NCBI GenBank assembly: GCA_002633005.1
Contig: NMRA01000202.1
Span: 105,516 to 169,515, forward strand
DNA length: 64,000 nucleotides
Direction: 5' to 3'
Source of the DNA: Phoronis australis
Lineage: Eukaryota; Animalia; Phoronida
Below the pieces are notes generated by a model that was given only the letters and a program-made list of their open reading frames with translations, was not told where the DNA came from and searched no databases. Shown here piece after piece: positions 1 to 13,200 of this stretch. The position numbers and the translations under genes were made by a program. Each line of letters opens with the position of its first letter. Positions within the stretch are counted from its first letter, which is position 1.

Positions 1-229
1 TGAGAACTTTTGGCACCCGACCACACAACAGCCGACCATGATTAGCAGACGGTGTACTTGCCGGAAGTAAAACTGCTAATTTTGCCAGGTGTCACTAGTG
101 AATAATGACGTCACGGCTTATGCATAAGATCATAGATTTTGTACATTGAAAATATACGGAGTTGGTGGTCCATGTACTATAGTCTATGATGCAGACAAGT
201 GTTTTACAAGAGCAACGCGGAGCGTTGAA

Positions 230-1090
230 ATGCGCCCACAAATGCACCACAAATGGTGTGCTTCTAGGTGTTTCTGTCTGTATCATAAAAATGGCCACTA
301 CCACTAGACGGCGCAAAATATGTTGAATCCATTCGAAAACAGGAACATGTCATCGTTTCCTTAATAGAAAGCTATTAACCAAATTTCATAAAAACCTGCC
401 AAGCAACTTCAGAGAAACAAAGGAAAACTGAAAAAAATGAAATCACCACTAGAGGGCATAGAGTTTGGCGGATCCGTCTGAAAGTTGATGTTGTCTGTTG
501 TCAACTTAATATAAATACACTTACAAATTAAATTTAATAACGATCCTGGAGTGGGTTTAGGAGATACAGCTGTGGGCGCAAAAAAAAACGCCACTAGGAT
601 GCACCACAGTCGTCGAAGTCATCGGAAAATCATTGTCAATCGTCCTTTTCACACTAAAAACATATATGCCGATTTTCACAATCATCCTTAGAGTGGTTTG
701 GTTGATAGAGGGGCAAATGCCAAAAAAGACTCAAAAACATTAAATATGGCTACTAGGTGGTGTAAAATACCTCGAATCCATCCGAAAATGGGAGGATAGC
801 GTCAAGTCACTAATTGATGCCTATGTGCCAAATTTCATGAAAATCCATAGAGCACCTTTAAAGATACATAGGTAATCCGTAAAAAAATAAAATTGCCACT
901 AGAGGGCACACTGGTAGTCGGATATGTCCGAAATTAGTCGTCATCCATAGCCAGCTTCATAGGAACACATTTGCCAAATCTCATCAAGATTCTGTGAGGG
1001 ATTTAGGAGACACAGCTGTGAACGCTGGACACCCAAACAGAGATAATGGAAACATGCACCCACATAAAAATATGTGGGCGCAGAAAAATG
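230..1090 (-). mobile_element. Helentron/DINE-1-like non-autonomous repeat with internal units of about 145-160 bp (left boundary approximate)
   Basis: Terminal hairpin GCACCCACATA-AAAA-TATGTGGGCGC next to an A-run near 1056-1088; periodic CCACTAG cores at 301, 446, 591, 750 and 896. Confidence 0.55.
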
Positions 1091-1170
1091 ACAATTGCTT
1101 ATTATATGTACACATTCAATTCTAGAGAAAACTAGACAAAGCATGACACAGATATTGCCAAAATACGAAC

Positions 1171-1287
1171 ATCGGGTCGCGTGCAACATGAGAATGGAAC
1201 TCCACATTTCTCCCTGGCCCTAGACGAACAGTTGAAGTAAGCGTTGCCGTCCCAGTCGCCAGGTCCATTGACACCACAACAGCGCAA
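1171..1287 (-). CDS. TSPAN5: TSPAN5-like coding exon 5 (CCG motif)
   Basis: LRCCGVNGPGDWDGNAYFNCSSRAREKCGVPFSCCTRPD; TAG acceptor; the donor GTTCGT is less certain. Confidence 0.88.
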
Positions 1288-4200
1288 CTACAAGAGAAAG
1301 TTGATCACATCCATGCACAAAACAATATTAAATTAAGTCAGTTTTATCCCATATGTGAAAATACGGATATCGTATACGTCACGTTATCAACTATGAAATA
1401 CAGGAAAGTAGAGTCAATTCGTATACCACACTAGAGGCCATATACAACGGTAGAAGCTGTATTTCACAGTTGGTGAGCAGCCTCCTGGTGGAATAAATTC
1501 GCACGTGCGACAGCAAATTTGATTGAGGTCGTTCATTTGGGTTACCAAAATTATTAATGCATTGAAAACAGAAAAATTTACCAATGAAAATTGCGACGCA
1601 CGGTGATCAGGCAGCTATTTTTGGGCCTCACTGAAGTTTCAATCTGGGTCATCATAAACAGGTCAAGCTAAATAGCTTCCCCGGCCAACAAAATCAGCCA
1701 AAAATCTAATTCCAATCCAACGAAAATGCTTCATTATGGATGCACACAATATGTATACACCGAGATCTAAAGTCTATACAGGAAATTGCGACCTAATATC
1801 GAATGTGTTATTTGCAGAGATAACCATCTGCTAGCAGTGTTTCTCAACTCTCCGTCCCTGCCAGTTGTCACGATAGTGTAAAATCCCGGTTTTCTTGCGA
1901 TACAGTCCTTACTTCAAGTTCTGTAAATCAGCGCAATTTCCACCATTATTTCTCAATGTTGTGATCAACACGGGGAACTATTTCTATTACTATTTATAGT
2001 CCAAAAGCTAAGACACGAAATACACCAAGAAAACTAAGAAATTCACCGAAGCTAAAACGGCGCACTGCTGCACAACTCCTCAGGGAATCTTTTAACTCTT
2101 AGGTTCCAGGATTGTTTCTTAGTTTCCGACAAACTTTTGGTATTATTGAATGGCTCAGTGCTATAACTTGTATATTCCAGAAACTGAAAGTTCTTATCAA
2201 TTTATTATGAAATAAACTTTACTGGTTATTGGCCACTTTCACAGATAATCTAGTCACTTAACCTGCTTAGGTACAGCACTTGGCATACATATGATGTCAT
2301 ATAACAACAAGCCGGACAACACGGAAACAAGATACTGCCGCGATGATGCAAATAAGTTCATATATATATGGGATAAATAGGTCATCCTACATACATAGGA
2401 ATACTACTGCGAGCTCATTTCATCTGGGAATGTCCCAACTCGATCCTCGCTCTCATTGGGACATTACCAGATGAAATGAATTCTCAACAGAATTTGGCAG
2501 TAGTATTCCTGTGTAAGTGGGATGACCTATATGTATTTTTGATTTTCAATGTTACTGTCATATTCATTGATTTGTTTAATAATTTCACATAAAATATAGT
2601 GAAATAAACTGATAAGACAATGTTTAAATTATTTTACTACCGAGCAGTATATGCCAATAGTTAGATCCATAAGCCTACACTTGGATTAATAAGGATATTT
2701 CAAAATGAAATTTCAGTTCAAGTGGTTCAAATGTAGGAGCAAGTGCCTCAGTATATCCTCTTGTACTAAGCGGGATGACCGAACGGATGGGGATGATGAG
2801 GTAATGCACGGATGTGTCAAGTCAACTTTAAGACTGGTTTCAAGCAATAACAAACGTTCAGTTTTTCACGTGCCCACAAATCACTTTCACAGACCGTTCA
2901 CGCAATCATTATTTTAGGCAGAGCCTCTTTTTAGGATCGAAAAACAGAGCAATATAAAGATAAAAGAGGCACGAGAAAAAAATCACATTTTGCACTGTGA
3001 TTAAGTGCGGAATGCATTGTTTTTTAAAACCTAAAATGAAGCTCTTTGTAACATATTGACTGCGTGAATAAGGTACATTCTGGGTAAGGAAGAGGTTGGC
3101 ACCGGTCTTATGACAGTAAGTGGTCTAAATCAAAAGTTAGTTTATGGCAGAGTGCTGGTTCACTGCACACTTTTAAAATTTGCTCCTTGGTGAGTTTTCA
3201 ATCATGTGCCCCGTCAAATGCAGATGTACAGGCCTGACTACGCACAAGCATGGGGCATACTGAATAAATTACAAATTTCAGAACCACAGCTTGACACATC
3301 CTTCAACATGCCCCACAACAGAAGGCAATATTAGTTAAACAGTAAAACTCAGATAAGGTCAGGTGTAACACCCTAGGAGATTTAGTGGAGTGTGGCACCA
3401 TATTACAGATCTGAATGGCTGAGTGCATTAACCAGAAGACCCAATCTACATGTGAATCTAACTTATGCAGATCTCACTGCGTATTCACCACTCCCTTCTA
3501 CGCTAATGTCAAGCATTTCTCTTTTGAGCTGGTCTTACCCAGCACCGTCAACATGGCTACAAGACAGCTATGACTCAGCAGTGTTTAGTCTTCTATGTAC
3601 ATCAGATCATGATTTTTCTACAGAAAATGTGGCAATGCTGGACATTGAGGAGGGCTGGTTTTCCCCGTCGTATTAGAGAGGCAATTTATGAGAGGCACGA
3701 GTCCCTTAGCCTGGACAGACAGAGAAGATTAAGGCATATCTTATCAGTTGTTTGGAACTGAGCAATACGTAATCAGCACAGAAATTTTCAGGACAACACC
3801 AATGACGAAGATTTCCGACAGGGTCACCACCCCAATCAATTGGCATTTGATCAGCAGAAGTCTTTGTGATGGGGCACTACATCATCATCATCAAAACCAG
3901 TAGATTCAGCATTAGATTCCTTCTCATTATATTCTTACCCAGTCAGCCTGTATCCAGTCTATCAGATTCTGCAGATCAGGGTCGTCGCGGTAATTTTTGA
4001 TGAACTCCAACAGTTTGATCTTGATTTGATCGTGGAACTGCAAAATAGATCACATTCTTCACTTAGAAAAGGCCAGATCAAAGGAAAAATGCCATAGGGG
4101 GCACCAGTAAACTTGCTGAGGATTTGAAGTTCAGCGTTGGTGAATTACATAATTTATATCAGGTGAAGCCAGTCAGCCAATCTAGACAATCTAATCTTCA

Positions 4201-7200
4201 CTCAGAGAAGGTCAGATCAAGGAAAAATGCCATGACAGGATTCACAAGTGAACTTGGTGGTCATTTGAGGTTTGGATTTGGTGAACTACTTAAGATGCAT
4301 CATTCAAGATACATTTATTTGGTAACACACGCGAAGCCAGTCAAACAGATTAGACTATCAGCTCCAAAAACTGTTTTTTCTGGCCATCAGACCACAGATA
4401 AATGTAGTAAAATGATAGGCAGTCCCTGACCCGATTGACAGTCGGGTAAATTATGACTGATATGCATTTCCAAAGTCCATGATTCACAGTGGATTCAATA
4501 ACATTATTGTGACTGATCTGTATTTCCAATACCCCTGATTCACAGAGGATTGAACTATAACTGGGGCCCGTTCCAACAAAACTGACATAGCTAAGACAAA
4601 TCTTAAATTTTAATAAATTTTAAGATAAAACTTAAATTTGTCTCGAGACTGTTTCAAGAAAGAGATCTTAAGTTTGAATTAAGTTTTTGAAAAAAGGTTG
4701 TCTTAATATTAACTATATTACCGGATGTGGAAGTTTCAAAGCATGGAAGTTAAGACAAATCTTAGACTTAAGTAAAAAATGAACTTCAGTCAGTTTCTTG
4801 GAACAGGCCCCTTATCTGTATTTCCCGTGTCCATGAATTATGACTAATCTCTATTTCCAATGCTCTGAAAATTTTTAGGTACAAACTACACTGATTTTCT
4901 GGATTTTCCTAACTTTGTAAAAATACATGCTCATAAAATTTTGAACTGGATAAAAATGTATTACTAGGCCATAACAATGCCATGTACACAACTACAATAA
5001 TCCTGTGTATTTTTGAAGCAAAATTTTAACAGGAAATTTTTTTGTATCGGGACATGAATTCACCGGGATTACGAGTTCCACCAGATTTTGCTGGATTAAC
5101 ACCAGGGAAAATTATTCATGACCTACATGGTTCGCTAAATCAATTGAAATTACGATCCTTCTCTGAATCATAAAATCACTAGTGTTGAACGCTGTGTGTG
5201 CGCTGACTGTGTAGTGACGGTGTCTGCCAATAGGGTTGCCATAACTTTCCAGTATTCATGAATCATGAATCCAATGGGAACACGCCCGTTTGATGACTTA
5301 ATCCAGTGCATTTTTTTCCTGAAATGTTTCCGGAATTTCAAAATACATGGGAATGGTAGTATAGTTTCACTTACTTCGCGTCAAATTAATACACTAGACT
5401 GGATTACCTTCACTATATTCGCACTTTGCAAAGTTGCACTTTAAGGTCAAACTCACCCAATCTTTGTACACAAAGAATAAAATGCCAACACCGAGCTCCA
5501 GGAAAAAAATAACACCAAGGCATATGGAGAACTGAAACAGAATTAGTGAATTCTAGTGAGTACCATAATCATCTTTAAGGAACAAATACAGCTCATTGTA
5601 ATCAATCTTAGGGATTTTAGTATACAACTTCGAGACTAAAATCGTTATATGACATTAGCATAGTGGATGTGTCAAATACTGTTATCGCAATTGAAATGGA
5701 AATTCTCAGGAATGTCAGTTTCCTCACTAATCACTACTAATTACACTTTAATGGGAAGTGTATTGCTTCATAAAAGATAGGTAAGAAGACCTGGTGACAG
5801 AAAAGTTTTTGTGTCCATTTCTTATGAAACTGAGGAAAGTTACACGGCTCTGAACCATGTATATTTTTCTTAAAAGTGTGTAACGTAACAGTGTGGTCAC
5901 AATTACTTACAAAGAGTAACAAGCAGGTGTTCTCCCTGAGGGCTCCGATACATCCTGTGAAGCCAATGATGAAGACGACAGCGCCGACAATGATGAAGAT
6001 GAGTGCAGGGTCAAACAAAAAACCTCCGTCAGAGGCGATCTTAGAAAGATTGTCAAACATCTCCTTCTCAGCCCATGCCCATATTCCTATAGCCAACAGC
6101 CCTACACCCACAAACTGTAACAAACAATTAACGAATGTAATGAATTTCAACACTGTGAAGCTGCTTCAGTCAAAATGATACATGTTCTGAATTTTTGGTC
6201 AGAATGTGCCATCAAGGATCGGTATTTTTTAAGCACTCTACCTTCCAGGTGATACCATGGATTGTTTTTTTTTTACATAAGTACAATTTTACCATTTCCC
6301 CCATGTTCTCCACATTCACATTTAAATTCACTGCCCATCAACTTAATCAGGCACTAGGTTTTAAAATGAACCAAAGAAAAATGGCACAGACACTTTGAAG
6401 TGGGCCACCCAAAATCACCATCAAGAGGGACAATCCTCTGGCATCATCTCGCGCCAGCCAATTTTTACCTTGCACGAAAATGAAAGCATTTTCCAGCGGA
6501 AGCTCTTCCTGGTTCCCTCCCCCTTAATGAGGGTAGATTACACCCCCAAATTTTATAATTCTAGCATCATGCACCTTCGAATACTTGGTGAACACTTCGA
6601 TATCCATTTTTAATTTGGTTCCCACATCCCACCAACAGAATTACGGGTAGGTTGATGCATACTGGATTCAACTACAAAAATGCCTGCCGTATCCTTTAAG
6701 ATAATGACAGTCATCTTCCAGTTGTAATATCCATAAAATTCCCTAAGTTTATGGTATAATCTCGCAAGTTTAGGACATAATGCAGAGAAAAGTGGAATTT
6801 CAATTATTTTCTGTAACTATTCAGTACTAAATAAAGGCTTTTAAATTTAAAGCAATTAACAAACCCACATTCCACCAAAGAAGCGCACCTTTGAATTAGT
6901 AGTAAGACCCCTTACCCCAGTGCCAACAATGACAGCTGTGACAACCTAATTTTCATTTTTCAACGCCTTATGGTGTCTGATGGTAACAAAGGTACAAAAC
7001 ATGACTAAAGTATATTATGGTAAAACCTCAGCAATTTAGTACACAATATGGCAGACAGGTGGCATTTTTTCCAGTCTTATTTTTTTGTACTACCAGACTG
7101 ATGCTTTGCTAGACATACATCTAAGTTCTTTTTCTACAGAAAATACTAAGAAAATTTGTGGGCATTCACAACAACGTCAGAAGCCCTCGAAAAATGAAAA

Positions 7201-10200
7201 AGACGAGATTTGGCAATTATTTTCATCTGGAATTACTGAAATTTTACTGTAATTTGGCACAACACATCTGTTGAAGAAAAATGATAAATTAAATTCTACT
7301 TGTCTACCATACTGTGTCTTTGACTAGTCACCTTTTATTCTAGTCTCTGAAACAATCTAGTAACTGGAAGCAATTCCGGAATACAGAATCATAATTGAAA
7401 AAACTTCAAGCACACCCAAGCCCCACATGTGAATGGGCACGTTACGATGACAAATCATGTTTGAAACACAAGGTTGTATATGCTCAAGTGAGTGAATAAC
7501 ACTTGTAATGATCTGTTTCAGGCAAGAAGTGACTCAGAGGTCAAGGACACGTCTAACAATGAGACCAAACAATGTTTTTCATCACTGGTGCGTGGATTTG
7601 CATGATTTGTGCAGAGCATGCAGTTGTGTAAAAACGATCACCATAGCTCTACAAAAACACAGACACAATAGCAAAGCCGCTGCTAAAATAGTCTTAAAAT
7701 TCAGACTATTTGGCCAAGACAAATGCACTGTTATTAAAATCACATGATAAAATAAACACCCCAAGACATACACAGAATAGAACACATAGGACCAGGCACA
7801 GAATGGACACCCCTAGATGTACATGGTAAACACGCTACAGGCAGGACATAAAGAGGAGTGACGTGATTTGTCCCTGGTCAAATACCACGGCAATACATAG
7901 CAAAGATTTGGTTAACATTTTCTGCACAATATGCTTAACAGATCTCGACAATCGTTTCCCACATTTTTCAATAGATCTCTTAACTGCGTAGTTACGTATC
8001 ACCAAAGTCATTCAAAAATGTATTTAACCACAAGACGAGATGCCAGACCTTCTCTCTAGGTACGATTTGTCACAATATGTTCCAGGTTTTAAAATGGTCA
8101 AAAAGAATGAATTTCATGTCATCAAGGCCATATGATATCACTTGCCTAATTGTAGATTTTTGAACAATTACAATAGGACAGGAATAATCTGAACATACAG
8201 GCAACAGTTATGTAGGACCTTATCCACAAGTCTGCGCATTCAGTCAAATATGTACAAAACCATATACAATTTAACTCAATAAAAGTACATATTTTCTGAC
8301 AGTAGAAACCCAGCACGATTTCATTCTTGCCTTATACCAATTTGCCATTGATTGGGTAACGTGACCAAGTCTTTTAGCAATTTCAAAAGGTACATTCACA
8401 GCAAACCAACGGTGTCAATAACATGATCTAATTTCGTTTGACAAAAATGATCAAAAGGAAATCTCAAAAATGTTCTTAGGTACATCATTTCGTTCTGATT
8501 CGATTTATGCATTTTTAATACTTTTTCATAAAAATCACACACTTATTTTTGACAGCCCCTCTTGCAAAAGTCGACCATTTTTAAAACAATTCCTAACAAT
8601 GTTTTGGAGAGAAGAGTATTAAAGCACAACATCTGAAATTTTTACACAAATCCGATCACCTATCTATTCAGAATTCAGTCCTTCCTAACACACAGCTAAC
8701 AAACATCACGAAAAGAGCGATGTGGGTTCGAGTGGAAAAAGTGAAAAACAAAAATAAAGTCAAATATTTTGAACTCACTCGTACAGGCATTACGCGCCGT
8801 TTTTTATTTTAATCGCCACTTTTTACAATTCCAAATCAGGAAATACGAGTGACAAATATGCCATCACTCATATTTCATGAAACTTTTAGGAAATAAGAAA
8901 AAAATGATTCTGATTATGAAGTCATTAACAGATTATTTTCGTTGATCTCATGACTCCAAGCCATATTTATTTTTACCTGCGGTGTCCTCATGGACTTGCA
9001 GAGAACTGTCAATTTTATTACTGTACTTTGTCAACCTTTTCATACCAGTCAGTCGACATTTCAGCGATATATGTTCCAACTAACTTGTGGGGCACATTGC
9101 TTGAAAAATCTAATGTAAACTATGTAATTTCTCACACTAGACAGTTTTTGTGACTGCTTGGAATGGGGAGTTTGAAGGCGTGGCACAAATGAGTGTAAGT
9201 ATATCTCATTGAACTCCGCGAGGAGAAATTTGTCGAATTGTCTGTGTTTATGCCTATTTGTTGCTTGTCTGTAGCCTTTAAAGAACATATATCTCAATGA
9301 TAAGTGGGGACATATTTATGTGTCTCGCTATAGTTTCGTGAAAAGCACTTGACGTTTTGCCCGATTTCTTTCCAACAATCATATCAAACAACTAGGCAGT
9401 GATGTGGACAGTACACGGAAGACACTCCTATCAACATTAAAGATAACATTAATGTGTTCCTAGCTGATAAACAGACACCTAACCAACAGTCATACAGAGC
9501 TAAATTAATAAATTTGCCAGCAGGATGTGGGTGGAATGATGGTTTATTTTATAGGGCATTTGAGACTAAGAATTCATTAAACAAACACATCGAAGAAATG
9601 GCTTCAAGCAAATTTTTTCCAACTATTCAAAATTTTCAATAAAGCTTTGATTCAAATGAAAGTAAAAAAGATGAAAGATGACTGATTGTAGTCAACTCAA
9701 CTGCTGTTTATAATAGAAATAGATGGTTGTCATGGTGTAAGAACATTGTATTGACACGGAAGTCATCTATTAATTCAATGTTATCTAAACTGAATAGTGT
9801 CTAAGCACACTCATGAATTATTGACCAATGCTACAGTCCTTATGTACATGTAGCAAATCTAATGACAAATTGAAAATCTATCAGGCAACGCAAAGTTCCA
9901 CATATTTGGCAATATTTAGTCATGTTGGCTTAACGCATATCTTCAAATATTCAAATATTGTTTTTCATTGAGATTTTATAACGACATGACGGCAAACTCC
10001 AACCATGGCACCATTCCAAAGACCCAAGACATTAGCACTGGACTAGATGCGAAAAATCTTCATTTACATAACAAAATCAGTGAGTTCCATCTCATAATTC
10101 ATGAATTATATCACATAGTTCAACATCCCAACATGACCAACCAATCGTTTCAATGGTCGCCACTTTACTAAATGTTATTAGATTGACGATGTGATGGACA

Positions 10201-13200
10201 AAATATAATGAAAATACTGAAGCAATAACACTTTCAAAAACCTTATTACACACACTCAAGTTAAAAGTAAAAACAATGAAAAATAATTAAAAGGGGAATA
10301 CTCTTTAGCAGATGCCTTAAGTCAATTTGATCATATTGAAAACTTAAGTAGCCAATAGTTAGTGCTGTGGAAGAGGAATCCATCTAAAAAATGACTTGCA
10401 ACCATTAATCCATCAAGATTTGTAAACTAAAAACATGAAAATTTTGAGACATCCAGTTGAGAAAACAGATCAAGTTTGAGTTTAATATTGGATTAAAAAC
10501 TTTCAAAAAATAGCGACGTTGCGTCCGCATCTCATGGACTTCAGCTTGGCTTGTGACATTATCGTTATTCTGGCCAATTGGTGGCGTTTTGACCAGACGG
10601 CGCCGCACTGACGTCAGAGAAAGACTGGTTCAAAAGGGGTGTAAAGGAAGCTCTCCATCAGCTCATTGAGAGTCCCTCTTTAAATAAAAGAGGCGGTTTA
10701 AGATTCGATTTGCCACATGTATGGGATGGTGTTCTGACGTCAATGTCGCACCATTGGTCAAAACGCCATCAATTGGCCAGAATAACGATAACGTCACAAG
10801 CCAAGCTGAAATCCGTGAGATGCGGACGCAACGTCGCTAATTTTTTTGTAAGTTTTTATTCTAGTATTAGACTTAAATTTGATCTACCGGTATTCATAAA
10901 CTAAGTCAAGTAATTATGTTAAGTGTGCATGTCCTGGTCATCCGAGACACTGTTTACAATCCAAGTTATTCAAAACCAGCTACTTGATATTGCTATTTTC
11001 TGAATCCTCTCTTTGCATTTAACTTAAAAAAATGCACCATAAAAAGTACCATAATTTCATTTCATGCCTTAATAAATCATTGTTCTACTGTGACGAAGCT
11101 TTACTTTGACTGTTCCCACTTCATTGAACTTTTGGTGAGAACTGAAGCTTTGCTTTTAAATCCTATCATTTTCAGCAAAGTTTCTATTGCAGATTAATAA
11201 CCGGAGTTCAACTTTTCCACTTACTGAAACTTTGTTAAGAGTGAAATTTCACCTCTAATGAGAACGCGACTTTAGAACCAGTCTGAAGAGATGATTCAGA
11301 AAAAACCCAACATCAAATGACTACGATTGTGGAGTCAGATTGTAAACAATAACCAGCATTGGTAGCTTGAGTGAGTCATAGAACATGAAATTGTGTGAAA
11401 TGCATTGATTTAATTTCTGTTGTTGCAGCTGCCATTAATCACAAAGGTAGTCCTCAACTTCTCCATAGAAATGTGCGAACATTACATGTGGATATGTCAG
11501 AATTGTAATTTTTAAAGTTTGTATATGCCTTCGAAAAATCTGTCCTACATCATTGCACATATAGCAAGAGCATTGAAAGAGTAGTGTATAGTGTACATGG
11601 GAACAATATCCATGGAGATATTGATGATTTGTTGTTAAATAACATCTCCCTTTTCTTGCTATTATGCCAATGGGAGAAGATTCTAACTTTCTGTAATCAT
11701 TTTTAACAAACCCATATGCAACTTTAATCTTGCTAGAAGATAACAATTAACATAATGTGATAAAAATAATTAATTAGCCTAATTAATGTCACTTCTTTGG
11801 AAATTTCATAACAAGCTGATCCAAAAACATTTGGTAATTCACTAATTTGAAGGTAATCAGCTTTAGCAATACAAAGTTAAACAAAAATGTAAAACGTCAT
11901 ATCTGGTTTAGTAAAAATAATGAATTAATTTATTTATTTCCTATAATTAAAAAAACATGATTAGTACTAACATACGTAACCATGCCAAGGTTGGTATCAA
12001 CTGGTACAATTAAACCCTTTCCAGTGGACCAACATTCTTTTTCTTGTACTTTAAGTCTGTTTTTACTCGGCAATTCTTTCTCCACAAACTTTTATTTTAC
12101 TTGGAGATAGGAAGCCTCATAAGATTTGTTGTACACAAAACAACTACAGTCGGTGACAATGAAAGTGCATGAATGAGACAAGAACTCCAGTTCATTTCTG
12201 CAAATTATCAATTATAGTGAAAGAAGACTTGAAAGCACAGAAACCGCATTTTAACTAAACAAACGGACTTGTAAGCTCTCCTCACCCACGCAAGATGTCA
12301 GTTTAACATCAGAACAAATACTGCTGTGGGATTTGAACCAGTACTAGAAGTAGGTAGTTATGTGCATTTCACCAATGAGTTTAGGTGAAACTTTACAGAC
12401 AAATTCTTTAAACACTGGCCAATCTAAGGCATTCAAGAGACATGGATGACCACAATATCACGACATTTCATGTCTTCTTCTGACTGCTTCTCTGCAATGT
12501 TTTAAATGGAATGACCTCCTTGCTAAACTTGTCAAACTCAGTAACATCGGTTACATAATACTCCATAGTTTAGTTACTGGGCTTTAGGAACAAGGCAGAT
12601 CTCATAATTGAAATGAAGGGGTATTGCATTACTCGTCTGGATTCCATGACAGATTAATTCTAGACATCTGCTTGGTGCGGCCAGTGCATTTGAAACATAC
12701 CTATAATCATTACATCATTCTGTAACCAATTACAAGGTACTTGAACCAACTTGACAGAACCAGCTAATTCACTCATCAGCTTACAGTACTGCCTACTAAG
12801 AATATTTATTGTGTGGTGGATATTTAGCTTTACTTGTACCTCATCCGGCATCAAGGCTGAAAACCGATGAGAACCATGACAATCGGTGACAATGATGAAG
12901 TAGCATTGTCCCAACATAACAGCAACAGCCTGATTTAGGGGATTCTAATCCAGCCTGTACGGAGTATACGCTGGCAGATTTTCTGAAAATTATGTTTAAT
13001 TCTGGCTAAACTATCAAAGTCAAGTTACTATAGATAAGGAATTTTTTATCACTGAACACAAATTGGAAACAGTTAGAGTTGTTAACAATTACTACCTCAA
13101 TCGACAGTTTTTCAAAGAAATATTTTGTCCCATCAACAGAATCATGACCTGAGTCGTTCTGCTTTGATTGCATCATTGGCCATCTCATCAGCAAATTACT

